From assembly GCF_009914755.1 (NCBI RefSeq), contig NC_060926.1: a stretch of DNA of 64,000 nucleotides; one strand, 5' to 3'. The notes beneath the pieces are model-generated. The model worked only from the letters and a program-made list of their open reading frames with translations, did not search any database and was not told the origin of the DNA. This document shows, piece by piece, positions 19,368-43,080 of this stretch. Source of the DNA: the human T2T-CHM13v2.0 reference genome, Homo sapiens. The position numbers and the translations under genes are program-made. Numbering within the stretch: position 1 is the stretch's first letter; the number at the start of each line of letters is the position of its first letter.

Positions 19368-19931
19368 TGGTAAAGTAGGAGTGCAACTGAGTTGCAGTCT
19401 GAACTAGGTGTTTTTTTCATGGAACGGCATTTTTATTCCCATAAAAGACTGAAAGATTATGACTATTCAGATTTCAGTATTGGCAGACTTGAGTATTTTT
19501 GAGTATTTTCTTGAAAATGAATCAACTGAGTCTGGCATATCAAAGAAAACAATTAACAGAATTTGTTGCCCATAACTCAGTTTTTGCTTTGAAGCAAAAA
19601 ATTTTTGAAAACTTGTATCCACCACTGTGAGCTTGATAGCATCCTGGTACTTAATGACCTTTCTCATGAAATAGATGATGTTAATGAATTGATGATGTTA
19701 ATGACTATGAGTTTGGATGTTATATAATGAAATGTGTCAGCACTTAGAAGATCTACATGACTGAGCAAACCAATTTTCCAAAAGACCAGGGCATGATATT
19801 ATGAAATTATGTATGAGTAAAAGATCTATCCTAAGTACAAGATAAACAAATAGATTTTAATGTGACAGAATAGAAAACATTTATTGCTATGGTTTCAGCT
19901 TCCACATTGCAACTACCCTTTAAGAAACCAC

Positions 19932-26391
<6,460 letters not shown>

Positions 26392-29187
26392 AAGAAACTA
26401 CCACTTGTTGAGTTTTGGGATAGTATTGAGGAGAATATGGACAGTATCTGAAAATGCTATTAAATATTTTTCTATTTTCCAACTGCACATCTGTATGAGG
26501 CCAGACTATCTTTATATGCTTCAACCGAAACAGCATATCACAAGAGTTTGAATGCAGAAACAGATATGATAATCTATTTTCTATTAAGCCAAATATTGGC
26601 TTAATAGAAAGACACTGGGAGAAATTTTTAAATCTACTCAACATTAATTTTTATTTTGCAAAATATATTTTCATAAACAATATGTGATTTATGTTAGCAC
26701 ATAATAGTTTTTGTATTTAAAGTAATAAATATTTTAAAATTCTCTGTTTTAACTTCCAACATGATAAATATTGATAGATATAACACATAAAAACAAATTA
26801 TTGGGGTTTCAATAATTTTTAAGAGTGTAAACAAGTCTTGAGACCAAAAAGTTTAAGAATTGCTGGTCTAGGCTGATGATCTGAGATAAATGGAACTTGA
26901 GCACTCTAGTGGGTACCAATGTGAAAAGGTGCTGTGCCCAGGAATCAAGCAGGACTGTGTCTCACAGTGGTACCAGTGTAGTGCATTTCTTCAGGACCAG
27001 GCGCCTCCCAGAAGCCCAATACTTTATAAGCATACACGGCACTGAAGTCTGCCACCAGAGAGATGAATTTGGCTGAAATGGCTGAGCTTAAAATGACTAA
27101 GAAACCTGGACTCATTTTTCTGTCACTAGGCAGAATGAGGACATAGGAGAGACACTCCTGTCTAATTATTGAGAAACAAAGAAAGGGATGTTGTTAGCAG
27201 ATCTCACTTTATAGCTTTGAACCATTTTGCCCACTAGAATCACTAGCAGCTCTCAAGCAGAAGCCAAATGACTACTGGGGAGCGATGATACAGGAGCTCC
27301 CTGCTTGAGGGAATTTAAGACTACAAGTATTCAAAGTCCTTTCCGAAATTTTCAGAATTCTATATATGCTGTTATTTGATTTTACCAAAAATCCTGTCAA
27401 ATAGATAAGACAGATAGGATTATTCCCACAGAAAGAGAGAGAGGCAAGACCCAAGAGGCACAAGTGTACCAGAGGTAGCCAATGCAGATCCACTAAAGGC
27501 CCCATTAATTAAACAGAAAATGTGTGATCAGCTGGGGACTGCAAAGCCTGTGAAATAATTAAATTTCCTCTCACTTCAGCTGAACAAATGTTCACTCTAT
27601 ACCTATCAAGAACAGAGAGAATATTAAGATAAACCAGGATAGTCTCCACTCTCTAGAGATGCTCAGTTCAGGTTGAATGGAGAGTATGCTCCACTAGAGG
27701 TGGAATAATGTGCTGTAGGAACATGGAGCAAAGAGAAATTAATTTTGACATTAAGAGTCCCACATAAGCTCTCCCCAGCCAAGTCTCCCAACATGCAGTT
27801 CTGAATCAAATAGAAACATGTGATCACTGCTCGGTAAGCCTCCTTCCAATGGTAAGGCTGGCCACTGAGTTGGTTTTAAGACTCACACAAGTCCTCATGA
27901 AATTTAGCAGAACACAGATCTTTCTATTCTGTGTCCCTGAGGGGCCCTCCACAGAACTTCACTGCAACCCATCACTCACAGCCCACGATAACATTGGTTC
28001 CCAAAGCAATTGGTACAAGTGGTTATTTTTCTTTACATGCTCATGAGACTTGGCAGGAGGGCAATGTATTTTGCATGGGGAAATAACAGTTTGTTAGACC
28101 AAATTGCCCCAGCAGTAAGTCTATTTTCTAGGACGACTCCAGGCTCTATGACCTTGACTGCTGAGCAGAGTGCATTCTTTTTCTGGAATGAGTTACTGTT
28201 TCCCAAGTCAATCTCCTTACACTTACCAAGGGTAACCAGCTGCTTTGTATTCTGAAAATATGCCTTCCAGCTGCTTGTCCCACACAAAGATTGCTATTAT
28301 GCTGCTTTTCCAAATGCAATTAATATTAAAGCTGTGAGTGCCATAGATGACTGATTGTATTAAGCTTTATATTTGGGTCCTGGACACAGTAAATAAATCA
28401 CAAATTTTTTTTGTTCGCTAAAGCATAATTTGTGTTAGGAACTTCAGTCAGTCATCTGAAATATATATCTATAAAGACATATTTTATATTATCAACATAT
28501 AAAATATAACAGAATATGAAATATATGTATATATAGTTATATTTTATATGTTGATTCACCCCACCTGCCCACTCCCCACTGCTACCCCCACTTGCCATCC
28601 CCTGTGGAAAAAGGAAAAAACCACACTGTGTGTTGGGAACAAAGTGAAATAGAAAACATATGTCCATGGTTAATAATATACCAAAAAAGCATTATATACA
28701 ACTGAAAAGAAAAGATAATATATGCCTTAGTATTTGTCTTTAAATGAATATTTGATTCCCCCAGGGTGTCATTATCATTCAGTCAGTGAAAAGAAAGCAC
28801 TTCTGAGAATGATCTCCTCTTCCTTCAGATGTGTGAGAATCTGAATGGTTTATTTCTACAGAGTGCTATGTATTGATTACACTACATTGAATATTATGTG
28901 ACGCAGTAAAGCTGTTACATGCCTTCTGATTTCTTTGCGTTCTGTGTGGTGCTTCAACAAATTCTAATTTTTCAGATTGTGATGAAGCAATGCCTTCAAA
29001 TTGAATTATATAGCTGGTCTATAATTGAATATTAGGTTCCAATCCAGAAAGAAGCAGTCCAAAAAGACTGTGGTAAATACCAATTCTGTGAGTGACCACA
29101 TCCTCATCCTATGGATGGAATACTTTTTAAAAAATAGGGATATTCTTCTTCTGGGTTGAAATCCCACCATACTAACACCTTCTAATA

Positions 29188-29386
29188 ACAAAGGGCTAAT
29201 ATCCAGAATCTACAAAGAACTTAAACAAATTTACAAGAAAACAAACAACCCCATAAAAAACTGGTCGAAGGATATGAACAGACACTTTTCAAAAGAAGAT
29301 ATTTATGCAGCCAACAAACATGAAAAAAAGGTCATCATCACCAGTCATTAGAGAAATGTAAATCAAAACCACAATGAGATACCATC
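29188..29386 (+). mobile_element. Isolated 199-bp internal L1 ORF2 fragment with no poly-A or TSD
   Basis: Aligns to 25484-25686 of the neighbouring L1. Confidence 0.92.
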
Positions 29387-29698
29387 AATGAGAGAGCATC
29401 AGTGAAAACAATTTTAGAGATACAGGACTCCCTCAGGAGCATCTGGAAGTACTGATTCAGTTACGGAGAATGCGAGTTCCATAAGAGTGAACACCATGTT
29501 CTCATTGTTCATCATTTCACCTCCACGGCCTAACATAATTGTATATGAGAGTTACTCAATAATTATCATTGAGTAAATGAAAGAAAAACTTCAAATGTCA
29601 GAAGAACAAATCAGAGCAGATCGTTGGCTCTGATGGTCCTGGAAGAGCAGGGGGTAAGGCAGCCAAGGTGCTGCTGAGCTGGGCCCCACACAGCCATC

Positions 29699-29905
29699 CA
29701 GTGGTAAGCTGGAGTTGGCTCTTGTTGACTCTCAGGAGTCAAAAATGTACATCTTTTCCCAGCTCTGCATTCAGTCACTTTAAGCTGGTAGCTTGAAATT
29801 GGCCATCGCGGGACTATTTACACCATAGAAATCGGCAAACACCATAAATCAGACTTTTTTTTAGAGATCCAGTTTATTTGTTTTTTTAAGAGAGCTACAC
29901 CACTA
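29699..29905. mobile_element. MER63-like hAT element
   Basis: cagtggtaagctgg...acaccacta terminal inverted repeats; gtagcttgaaattggcc...tatttacacca internal motif. Confidence 0.7.
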
Positions 29906-30269
29906 GCATAGCTACCAAACTTGTTTTACCCAGAATTTAACACCAGGAAGTCCTCAAAATCCTAACCAAAACAGGGAGGAGAAGGAGAGAGCTGGGCCGG
30001 AGAGGATGATGATGGGGTATTCCATCCTCCTTACAAGATAGTGAAAGAGCTTCTGATTTATGATTGGAAAAGTTAGGCTAATCTGAGAAGGTATATCAAT
30101 ACCTCCAAGAATTCTATTTTTGTTTTTTCTTTCCAGCTCATGGGAACTCATAATTTCAAATGTTGAATTGGGACCCTAGATCCCCTTCTGGCCTAAATTC
30201 AATGACACTCATTAATTGAACATACACTTACTGAGTGCACACCATGCACTAGGGATAAAAAAAAAACTA

Positions 30270-30714
30270 TGATAGATCAGTTTCAAATTCCCCCCACCCT
30301 TCCCTGTATCTACCTCTTTTGTAAAGTAACATTTTAGCTTCCCCATTAAGGAATAAAGTTTATTTTCTCAACCCTTGAATCTAAGCTGGTCTTGCAATTT
30401 GCTTTGACCAACTAAATGGAGGGGAATACGGATGCCAATTCTGAACACACATCTCAAGAGGCCTTGCTGTTGTAACCTCTGCCTCTGCCTTGAAAATAAG
30501 CCAGTGTCCCCTATGGAGAATGAGAGAGTATGTGGAATAGAGCCAAGTCATCCAAGTCAAAGTCATCCTAGATCTTCCAACCGCCAATCAATGCCACAGC
30601 TAACTGCAAATGCATGAATGAGCCCACTTGAGATCACTGAACCTCACCCAGATCAACAGAACTGAGTCTAGCCAACTGTGCAGATTCTTGTAAAATAACA
30701 AATGGCTAAGGTTT
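30270..30714 (+). mobile_element. MLT1 (F/G-like) LTR, 5' part; the 3' end resumes at about 38320-38378
   Basis: cccttgaatct...ttgctttgaccaa motif; 3' end ttcaagtcactaaattttt...ctaattgaca. Confidence 0.7.
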
Positions 30715-30732
30715 ATTTAAGAAACTTACTAA

Positions 30733-31038
30733 GGCCAGGCACAGTGCCTCACACCTATAATCCACCACTTTGAAAGGCCGAGCCAGGTAGATCACTTGAG
30801 CCCAGGAATTAGAGACCAGCCTGGGCAACATGGTGAAACCCAGCCTCTACAACAAAATACAAAAATTAGCCAGGTGTGGTGGCACACACCGGTAGTCCCA
30901 GCTACTCTGGAGGCTAAGGTGGGAGGATCACTTGAGCTGGGGAGGCAGAGATTCCAGTGAACCAAGATCATGCCACTGCACTTCATTTTGGGCAACAGAG
31001 AGAGACTCTGTCTCAAAAAAAAGAAAAAAAGAAAAAAA
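30733..31038 (+). mobile_element. AluJb-like
   Basis: Dimeric Alu; degenerate TSD gaaa(c/t)ttact. Confidence 0.92.
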
Positions 31039-31039
31039 G

Positions 31040-31398
31040 GAAATTTACTGATGTAAAATTAACCATTTTAAAGTGAACATTTCAGTGGCATTTAGTACAT
31101 TCACAATGTTGTGTGAGCATCATCTCTATTGAGCTCCAAAATATTTTATGCCAAAAAGAAACACTCCACTAAGCAAATTTCTCTCCATTTCCCAATCCCT
31201 TTAGCCTCTGGCAAACACCAATCTGTGTTCTGTCTCTACAGATTTATCTATTTTAGATATTTCATACAAATGGAAAAATAAAATAGATGACCTTTTGTAT
31301 CTGGCTTCTTTCATTAGCATAACGTTTCTGAGGTTCATCCATATTGTAGCATGTATGAGTCCTTCATTCCTCTTTGTGGCTTAACAATGTGTATATAC
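31040..31398 (-). mobile_element. L1MB-like 3' region; continues at 37916-38310
   Basis: aaccattttaaagtg...gcatttagtacattcacaatgttgtg; the continuation encodes L1 C-terminal-like peptide (38103-38300). Confidence 0.8.
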
Positions 31399-31432
31399 AC
31401 AGGCATACTTCATTCCTCTTTGTGGCTTAATA

Positions 31433-31437
<5 letters not shown>

Positions 31438-31479
<42 letters not shown>
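31438..31479. repeat. (TA)n microsatellite
   Basis: About 20 perfect TA units. Confidence 0.97.
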
Positions 31480-32032
<553 letters not shown>

Positions 32033-32634
32033 GAAACTTTTTTATTATTTTCATACCGTTTTGGTGATCTGTGATCAGGGATCTTTGATGTTAATATTAT
32101 AATTGTTTTGGGTGCCACACACCATGCCCATAAAAGATGGCAGACTTAATCAATAAATGTTGTGTGTGTTCTGACTGCTCCGCTGACCAGCCATGCCCTT
32201 ATTTCTCTCCCCCTCCTCAGGCCTCCCTATTCCCTGAGACACAACAATACTGAAACAAGGCCAATTACTATCTCTACGTTGGTCTCTAAGTGCTGAAGTG
32301 AAAAGAGGAGTTGCACATTTCTTGCTTTAAACCTAAAGCTAGAGATGATCAAGCTTAGTTAGGAAGAATGCATGCAAAAAGACAAGACAGGCCTAAGCTT
32401 AGGCACAGTGTGCCAAACAGTTAGTTAGCCATGTTGTGAATGCAAAGGAAAAGTTCTTGAAGGAAACAAAAAGTGCTACTCCAGTGAACACATGAATGAC
32501 ATGAAAGCAAAACAACCTTATTGCTGATACGGAGAAAGTTTGAGTGGTCTGGATAGAAGATCAAACCAGACATATTCCTTAAATCAAAGCCTAATTCAGA
32601 GGAAGGCTCTAAACCTCTTTGATTCTATGAAGGC

Positions 32635-33026
32635 TGTGTTAGTCCATTCTCACAGTGCTATAAAGAACTATCTGAGACTGGGTGATTTATAAAGGAAAGA
32701 GGTTTAATTGACTCATAGTTCCACATGGCTGGAGAGGCCTCAGGAAACTTACAATCATGGCAGAAGGGGAAGCAGGCACCTTCTTCACAAGGTGGCAGAA
32801 GAAAGAGAAGTGAGCAAAGGGGGAAGCTCCTTATAAAACCATCAGATCTCACTCACTATTATTATTAGAGTGCACTCACTATTATGAGAACAGCATGGGG
32901 GAAACCGCCCCATGATCCAATCACCTCCTTCCCTGGATATGTAGGGATTACTGGTCCTTCCCATGACACATGGGGATTACAATTCAAGATGAGATTTGGG
33001 TGAGGACACAAAGTCAAACCATATCA
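32635..33026 (-). mobile_element. MSTA/THE1D-like solo LTR
   Basis: tgtgttagtccattctcac...aaaccatatca; TSD aag(g/a)c. Confidence 0.88.
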
Positions 33027-33713
33027 AAGACCCTCTGAGAGAGGTGATTAAGTTGCAGAAGAAAAGTTTGAAGCTAGCAGAGGTTGGTTAATGAGGTTTA
33101 AGAAAAGAAGCCATCTCCATAACATAAAAATTCAAGCTGAAGCAGCAATTGCTGATGGAGAGGCTGCAGCAAGTTATCCAGAAGATACAGCTAAGACCAT
33201 TGATGAAGGTGGCTACGCTAAACAACAGATTTTCAACATAGATAAAATAGCCTTATATTCAAAGAAGATGTCATCTAGGACTTTCAGAGCTAGAGAAGTC
33301 AATGCTTCAAGGGACAGGGTGACTCTCTTACTAGGCACTAATGCAGCTGGTGACTTAAATTTGAAGTCAATGTGCATTTACCATTCTGAAAATCCTAGGG
33401 CCCTTAAGAATTATGCTAAGTCTACTCTGTGCTTTATAAATGGAACAACAAAACCTGGATGACAGCACATCTGTTTACAGCAGGATTTACTGAATATTTT
33501 AAGCCTAGTGTTTAGACCTATTGCTCAGAAAAAAAGATTCCTTTCAAAAGATTACTGCTCATTGACAATGCACCTGGTCACCTAAAAGCTCCAATGAGGA
33601 GGTACAAGGAAATTAACGTTCCTTTGAGACCTGCTAACATAACATCTTTTCTGGAGCCCATGGATCAAGAAGTAATTTTAACTTTCAAGACTTATTAAGA
33701 AATACATTGTGTT

Positions 33714-34013
33714 GGCCAAGCAAGTGGCTCACATCTGTAATCTCAAGACTTTGGGAAGCCAAGGTGGGAGGACTGCTTGAGGCCAGGAGTTTAGGACCAA
33801 CCTGGGCAACCTAGGGAGACCCAATCTCTATTTTTTAACAAATAGAAAAAAATAGCTGGGTGCGGTGGTGCACGCCTATAGTCCCAGCTACTCCGGCGGG
33901 TGAGAGGCAGGAGGATAACTTGAGCCCAGGAGTTCAAAGCTACAGTGAGCTATGATCATGCCTTTGCACTCCAACCTGAGCTACAGAGTGAGACCCTGTT
34001 TCAAAAAAAAAAA
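33714..34013 (+). mobile_element. AluJo-like
   Basis: Dimeric Alu; TSD aaatacatt. Confidence 0.92.
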
Positions 34014-34843
34014 ATACATTTCATAAGGCTATAGCTACCATAAATAGTGATTCTTCTGATGAATCTGGTAAATTGAAAACCTCTGGGAAGGATTCACCAT
34101 TCTAGATGTCATTAATAACATTTGTGATTCATAACAGGAGGTCAGGATGTCAACATTAACAGGAGTTGGAAGTTGATTCCAGCCCTCATGGATAAATTTG
34201 AGAAGTTCAAGACTTCAGTGAAGGAAGTCCCTGTGGATGCGTAGAAATAGCAAAGAGAACTAGAATTGGAAGAGTAGCCTGAATATGTGACTGAATTGCT
34301 GCACTCTCATGATAAAACTTGGGCAGATGAAGAGTTGCTTCTTAAGGATGAGCAAATAAAGTGGTGTTTTGAGATGGAATCTACTCCAGATGAAGATGCC
34401 GTGAACATTGTTAAAATGACAACAAAGGATTTAGAATATTATATAAACTTAGTTGATAAAGCAGTGGCAGGGTTTTAGAGGACTGACTGCAATTTTGAAA
34501 GAAGTTCTGATGTGGGCAAAATGCTATCAAACAACATCACATGCAACAGAAAAATCTTTTGTGAAAAAGAGTCTATTGATGCAGCAAACTTCATTGTTGT
34601 CTTACTTTTCAAGAAATTGCCACAGCTACCCCAACCTTCAGCAACCATCACCCTGATCAACTAGCAGCCACCATCATAGAAGTAAGACCCTCCATCAGCA
34701 AAAAGATTATGAGTTACTGAAGGCTCAGATAACTGTTAGCATTTTTTAGCAATGAAGTACTTTTTAATTAAGGTATGTACATTTTTCAGGCATAACTCTC
34801 TTCTACACTCAATAGACTACAGTATAATTTAAATATAACTTTT

Positions 34844-37815
<2,972 letters not shown>

Positions 37816-37915
37816 AAACATAATTTGTATATCCACGGGGAAACAAAAAAATTGTGTGTTGTGCTTTATTGTTGTGGTCTGGAACTGAAGCCACAATATA
37901 TCTAAGGTATGCCTG

Positions 37916-38310
37916 TCTGCCATAATTTGTTTATCCAGTTCATCCATTGAAAGACATTTGGGCTGTTTCTATCTTTTGATTTTTGTGAATAATGCAGCTA
38001 TAATGTATACATGTACTTGTTTGAATACCTGTTTTCAGTTCCTTTGGGTATAAACCTAGAAGTGAAATTATGGTGTCATATGATAATTTTATGTTTAACT
38101 TTTTAAAGAAATGTCAAACTCTTTCCACAGCAGCTGGACCATGTCATATTCCCATGAGCAATGTATGAAGGTTCCAATTTCTCCACATCTTCACCAACAC
38201 TTGTTTTTTTCTTTTTAATTATAGCCATGTTATTGGGTATGAGGTGGTACTTCATTGCGGTTTTCATTTGCACATTCCTAACAACTAATGATACGAGCAA
38301 ATCTTATCAT
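37916..38310 (-). mobile_element. L1MB-like continuation
   Basis: tttatccagttcatccattga...gacatttgggctgtttc; peptide MQMKTAMKYHL. Confidence 0.8.
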
Positions 38311-38379
38311 GCAATGGTTAATGTTTCAAGTCACTAAATTTTTGAGTCATTTATTATGTAGCATTATCTAATTGACAAG

Positions 38380-39530
38380 AAAAGTTAGCAAAATTAAATG
38401 GCCCTGTCCTCATCAGACTAACAGTGTAGTCTAAATGAAAGACTATCATCTAATAATATACAAATAAAAGTTAAGTTAGAACTGTGGTTGGTGCTATGAA
38501 GGAGAGATCTTCAGTGCTATGGGAGCACACAACAGACCTAATTTGGGATGTTAGGGAAGGCTCCCCTGAAGGAATTACCACTGATCTAAGATCTAAGGAT
38601 GAGTAGGATTTAACCCGATCAAGAGGAGGGTAAAGTGAGTATGTAAAAATGCCTATGCTGGAAGGTAAGATGAAAAACAGGAAGAGTTGAATGAGGTCAC
38701 AGTGACCCAACAAAGAGAAACTAAGAAATACAGACACAAGATGAGACAGGAAATACATGTAGAGGCCAGGAAATACATGTAGAGGCCAAGGCCTTGAAGG
38801 CCAAGTTAAGGTATTATACCTCTACTCAAGAGCAATGGGATACAATGGGTTATCATTAAAGGTTTTTAGGCAGTGTGTAACAAAACAAATTTATGTCTTG
38901 AAAAGATCACTCTAATACAGAATTGGAGAAGGAAAAGAGTATAAGTTGAGAAATCATTCAGGAGGTTATTTTAGTAGGAGAAAACACTTTGATATAGTAG
39001 TAGTAGTAAATATAAAAGGATGAGAAAATTCAAAAGCTATCTCCATAAAATCAATTTGTCTTGAAAACGTATCAAATAAAAGTCAGAACAAGATACCAAA
39101 GATGACACCTCGGTTTCTGGTTTGAGTAAATGGATGCAAGATGATGTCCCTCATTGAAACTGAGAACGTACACTGAGGACTAAGTTTGGGACAAGTCTGG
39201 AATTTGGCTTTAGACCTGTTGAGTTTGACATGTCACCTAATTAAAGATAGTGAGTAACAACTGTAACTACAAGTCCGATGCTTAGATAAAATGTTGGGTT
39301 AGACATAAAAATTTGTGAGTGACATACATGGTGGAAATAATTGAAGTCAAGGGTGTGGATTAGGCCCTATAGGAAAAGAATGTAGAATATCAACAGAAGA
39401 AAGCCAGGACTCAGACTTGTGGAACCAAATATGTCTACGGATTTGTGACAATCAATTATTGATGACGTCGGCAAAAGTTGTTTCTGGGGAAGAGTCAGGA
39501 ACCAGACTGGAGGGGATTTAGAAGTGAGTG
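38380..39530 (-). mobile_element. L2 LINE remnant
   Basis: Purine-rich L2 motifs agggaaggct..ctgaagg, aaagatcactct, atgtccctcattga, tgttgagtttga. Confidence 0.7.
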
Positions 39531-39556
39531 GAAGGTCAGTAACTAACTCTCTAGGA

Positions 39557-39879
39557 CAGTAGTCTTCCTTATCCACAGTTGCCCTTTTTCATGATTTCAG
39601 TCAACCACGATTTGAAAATATGACATACAATAAGATATTTTGAGAATGAGAGAGAAAGGGACCACATTCGCATAATTTTTATTGTAGTATATTGGTAAAC
39701 TTTATTATTGTTGTTGTTAATCTCTTACTGTTCCTAATTTATAAGTTAAACTTTATCATAGCTATGTATATATAAGAAAAATATATAGTACATAGAGTTC
39801 AGTACCACCGTATCCATGGTTTCAGGTATCCAACTGGGAGTCTTGGAACGTACCCCCGACAAATTAAGGGGGACTACTG
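39557..39879. mobile_element. MER44A-like TcMar-Tigger MITE
   Basis: TIRs cagtagtc...ggggactactg. Confidence 0.85.
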
Positions 39880-40685
39880 TGCTGTGTTAGTTATGGCATT
39901 ATCTTCCTGAGTTCGTCAAACTCAATCACTCCCAAGCCAACTTGTCAGGGTTCATTCTGAGATCTTTCTGCCAGCAACCCACTCAAAGTCCAGCCTAGCC
40001 TAGGCCTGTCTCAGGCTGGTGGAGAAGCCCACACCCAGACTCATAAAGCGGAAGATTCCCTATGTCCTGGGGAGGAAGTAATTTTAGGATATTAAAGTAT
40101 GAAGGGTCATTTGGTCCAAATATTAATTTAGTCTGAATAGAATCTGGCTAGAAAGTGCACAGAAGCCCCCCACCCAAAAATTGTCAATCAGATAAATTAC
40201 CTTAGTATGCCAAAAATTATCTAGACTAGAGAAAATTTCAGCCAAATGTGAATTGCCTCTATTCATTAAACAAACACATATTGAACTTTGTAACACATGG
40301 GATCCCTTTCCCTGAGACATAAGACATAAGACATGGGACTCCTTTCCCTGAGAAATTTTTGATCTAGAAAGGATGTCAGAGAAGTAGACCCATGGCTACA
40401 GTGTGGAGTGATAAGAGCAAACACAAGGAAGGAGCAACCTAGACTGGTGTTTCAATGGAGGCTTTTGAGAAGATACCATTGTTGAGTGGCATTTTGAATG
40501 ATGAATAGAATAAGATAGGAGGATGAAGAAGCAGAGTAGAATAGTGAAAGGCATTCTAGGCAGAAAGCTCAGAGGCATAAAATAGCACGCTGCATTGAGC
40601 AATTCAACACTGTATATCCAAAGTGCAAGGGGATGAGTCAGATGAGGTAACCTGGGCCAGAGCATGAAGAACGTTGTATACTGGT

Positions 40686-41220
40686 GTGTTAGGCAAGAAC
40701 TTTTTGGTTTCAAGTCACAGAAACACGATACAAATAGCTTAAATAACAAAATGTGGAATGCAGTGACTCAGATACTAGAGAGTTTAGGAGGTAAATGAGT
40801 TTTCCAGTATGGCTGGTTACAGTACTTGGCTGATCATCAGGAATCTTTCTTCAACTCAGGCCTAACTTGCAGTGGCCTGAATTGGATCTTGTGCCCATCC
40901 CTGAATGAATCTCTAATACTCTAGTTAGCCAAGCCTGGGTCATGTGCCCACAGTTAGTTCCAGGCAGTTCAGTCAAATCCATCCAATGTGGAGTGAAGAG
41001 TGGGGCAGGGAAAAATAATGGATCAGGAGTCTTCCTTCAACTCAGGCTTAACTTTGCAGTGGCCTGAACTGGATCTTATGCCCATCCCTAAATGAATCTC
41101 TAATACTCTAATTAGCCAGGCCTGGGTCACGTGCCCATAGTTAGTTCCAGGTAATTCAGTCAAATCCATCCCATATGGAGTGATAGCGGAGCAAGGGAAA
41201 ATAGTGGATGTCCACCCCAC
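40686..41220 (-). mobile_element. Old MLT1 LTR inside an L2, containing a 186-bp tandem duplication
   Basis: tttggtttcaagtcacagaaac...gcttaaataacaaa and gggtcatgtgccca motifs. Confidence 0.6.
40836..41209. repeat. Diverged tandem duplication, period about 186 bp
   Basis: 40836-41021 aligns to 41022-41209. Confidence 0.93.
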
Positions 41221-41899
41221 CATGCAAAGAGCTTTAAACTTTATCCTAAGGATAAAGGAAGTCACTGAAAGATTGTAAGCAGGGAAGTGGAGTGATCAGA
41301 TTTGCACTTTAGAAAAATCTGTGCAGTAGCAGCAAAGCAAGTGGGTCAGAGGAGTTCAGACTTGAGGTAATTCCAACTCCTGCCATTGTTGAGAGGATAG
41401 AGATCAGAGCCTGAACAATGGCCATGAGGATGGGAAATTACCTAGTTCCCTTCATGGGATTATTAAAAAAAATCCATCAGTTAGCCACAATGACCCAGTT
41501 TTTATTCCCACTTTCCACCTAGATTTTAGGCAGAAATCAGAGAAACAAGGCAGAAATGGTTTCTCTTTGCTGGCAGCCACTTCTAAAAGAATAGAACAGA
41601 TTTTAAATCCTTCTGATCTCTTAGGCCCTATGACTCTACGTAAACCCAGAAGAATTCAACCACATATGCATATGCTTCATGCCACCAGTGTGAGGATTCT
41701 TGGTATCTAACATCATAATGTGTTTCTCTACACACATCTGAAGTGTTATCTTTGACTTTATTCAACTGGAGATAGAACTTGGAGAAACTGAGAGTCATTG
41801 CCCATCACCCAGAATGCACCCTGACTTCTGGTTTACGGCATCATCGCACGAAATGCTGCCTTAGATGTATGGAAAAGGCCACACATGATTATCTTAAAC

Positions 41900-42320
41900 A
41901 TGTACAGCATTTTAAGCCTACAAAAGCACTTTTCTTACACATTAATTCATTGATTCCTCCCAGCAACTCTATGACATGGAGAGTAGTACTCCCATTTTGT
42001 AGATAAAGATAAGAGGCTCAAAGAGGGGAAGTAAATTGCCCCAGGTTCCACTCTAGGAAGAGGCTCGGTGGAAGAGTAGAGCAGGTCTTTGTATTAAAAT
42101 CTTACTTCTCCCATTAGATCTACCTTTGAGTAATGGTTGTGAGCAAAGACTCTGGAGCCAGATTGCCAAATTTAAAATCTCAGCTTGCTGCAGATTAGCT
42201 AAGTATTTTAAGCAACAGATTCCTATAATTTGCTGACCCTCAGTTTTCTCAATTGTGAATAGAATTTTTTAAAAAATCTACCTCAGAAGGTTGTTGAGAG
42301 GATTAAGCAAGTAAATACAA
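41900..42320. mobile_element. Two MIR fragments in opposite orientation
   Basis: cccattttgtagat...gaggctcaaagagg; gactctggagccaga...cctcagttttctc. Confidence 0.7.
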
Positions 42321-42730
42321 ACATATAAGATGATCTTATAATTTATTGCCCAAAACATTATATTTCTGAGTGTGAAAAGAGGTACTAAAAATGAGTAAAA
42401 TGCATATTACTTTTGAAATAATGATGCGCAGTTCAATTAAACTTATTTACTGACCCCAGAAAATATTTTAAACTTATTGATGGATCTATAAAATAGTTCT
42501 ATTCAAACACTATTTCAGAAATAATTTTTTCCCAAAAACAATACATATCAGTATACATTAAGCCTAAATTTTTTGGCTTTCTGAATATTAAAAAATATAT
42601 ATAAGCAGAATATTCATGTTGGGGCACATTCACATTCTTTAATCAGTTGCTTAGCTTTATTTGGCCCTTTCCTTGCAGGCTATGTCTCATGGGCCTTGGC
42701 ACATCTAGTTGGTCCACTGAGTGGCCATCA

Positions 42731-43080
<350 letters not shown>

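Noticed and set aside
28460-28550. AT-rich quasi-repeat
   Set aside because: Low-complexity decayed (TA)n with no defined unit
33091-33462. TIGD1-like transposase gene
   Set aside because: Fragment of a decayed Tigger1 with frameshifts and four nested insertions
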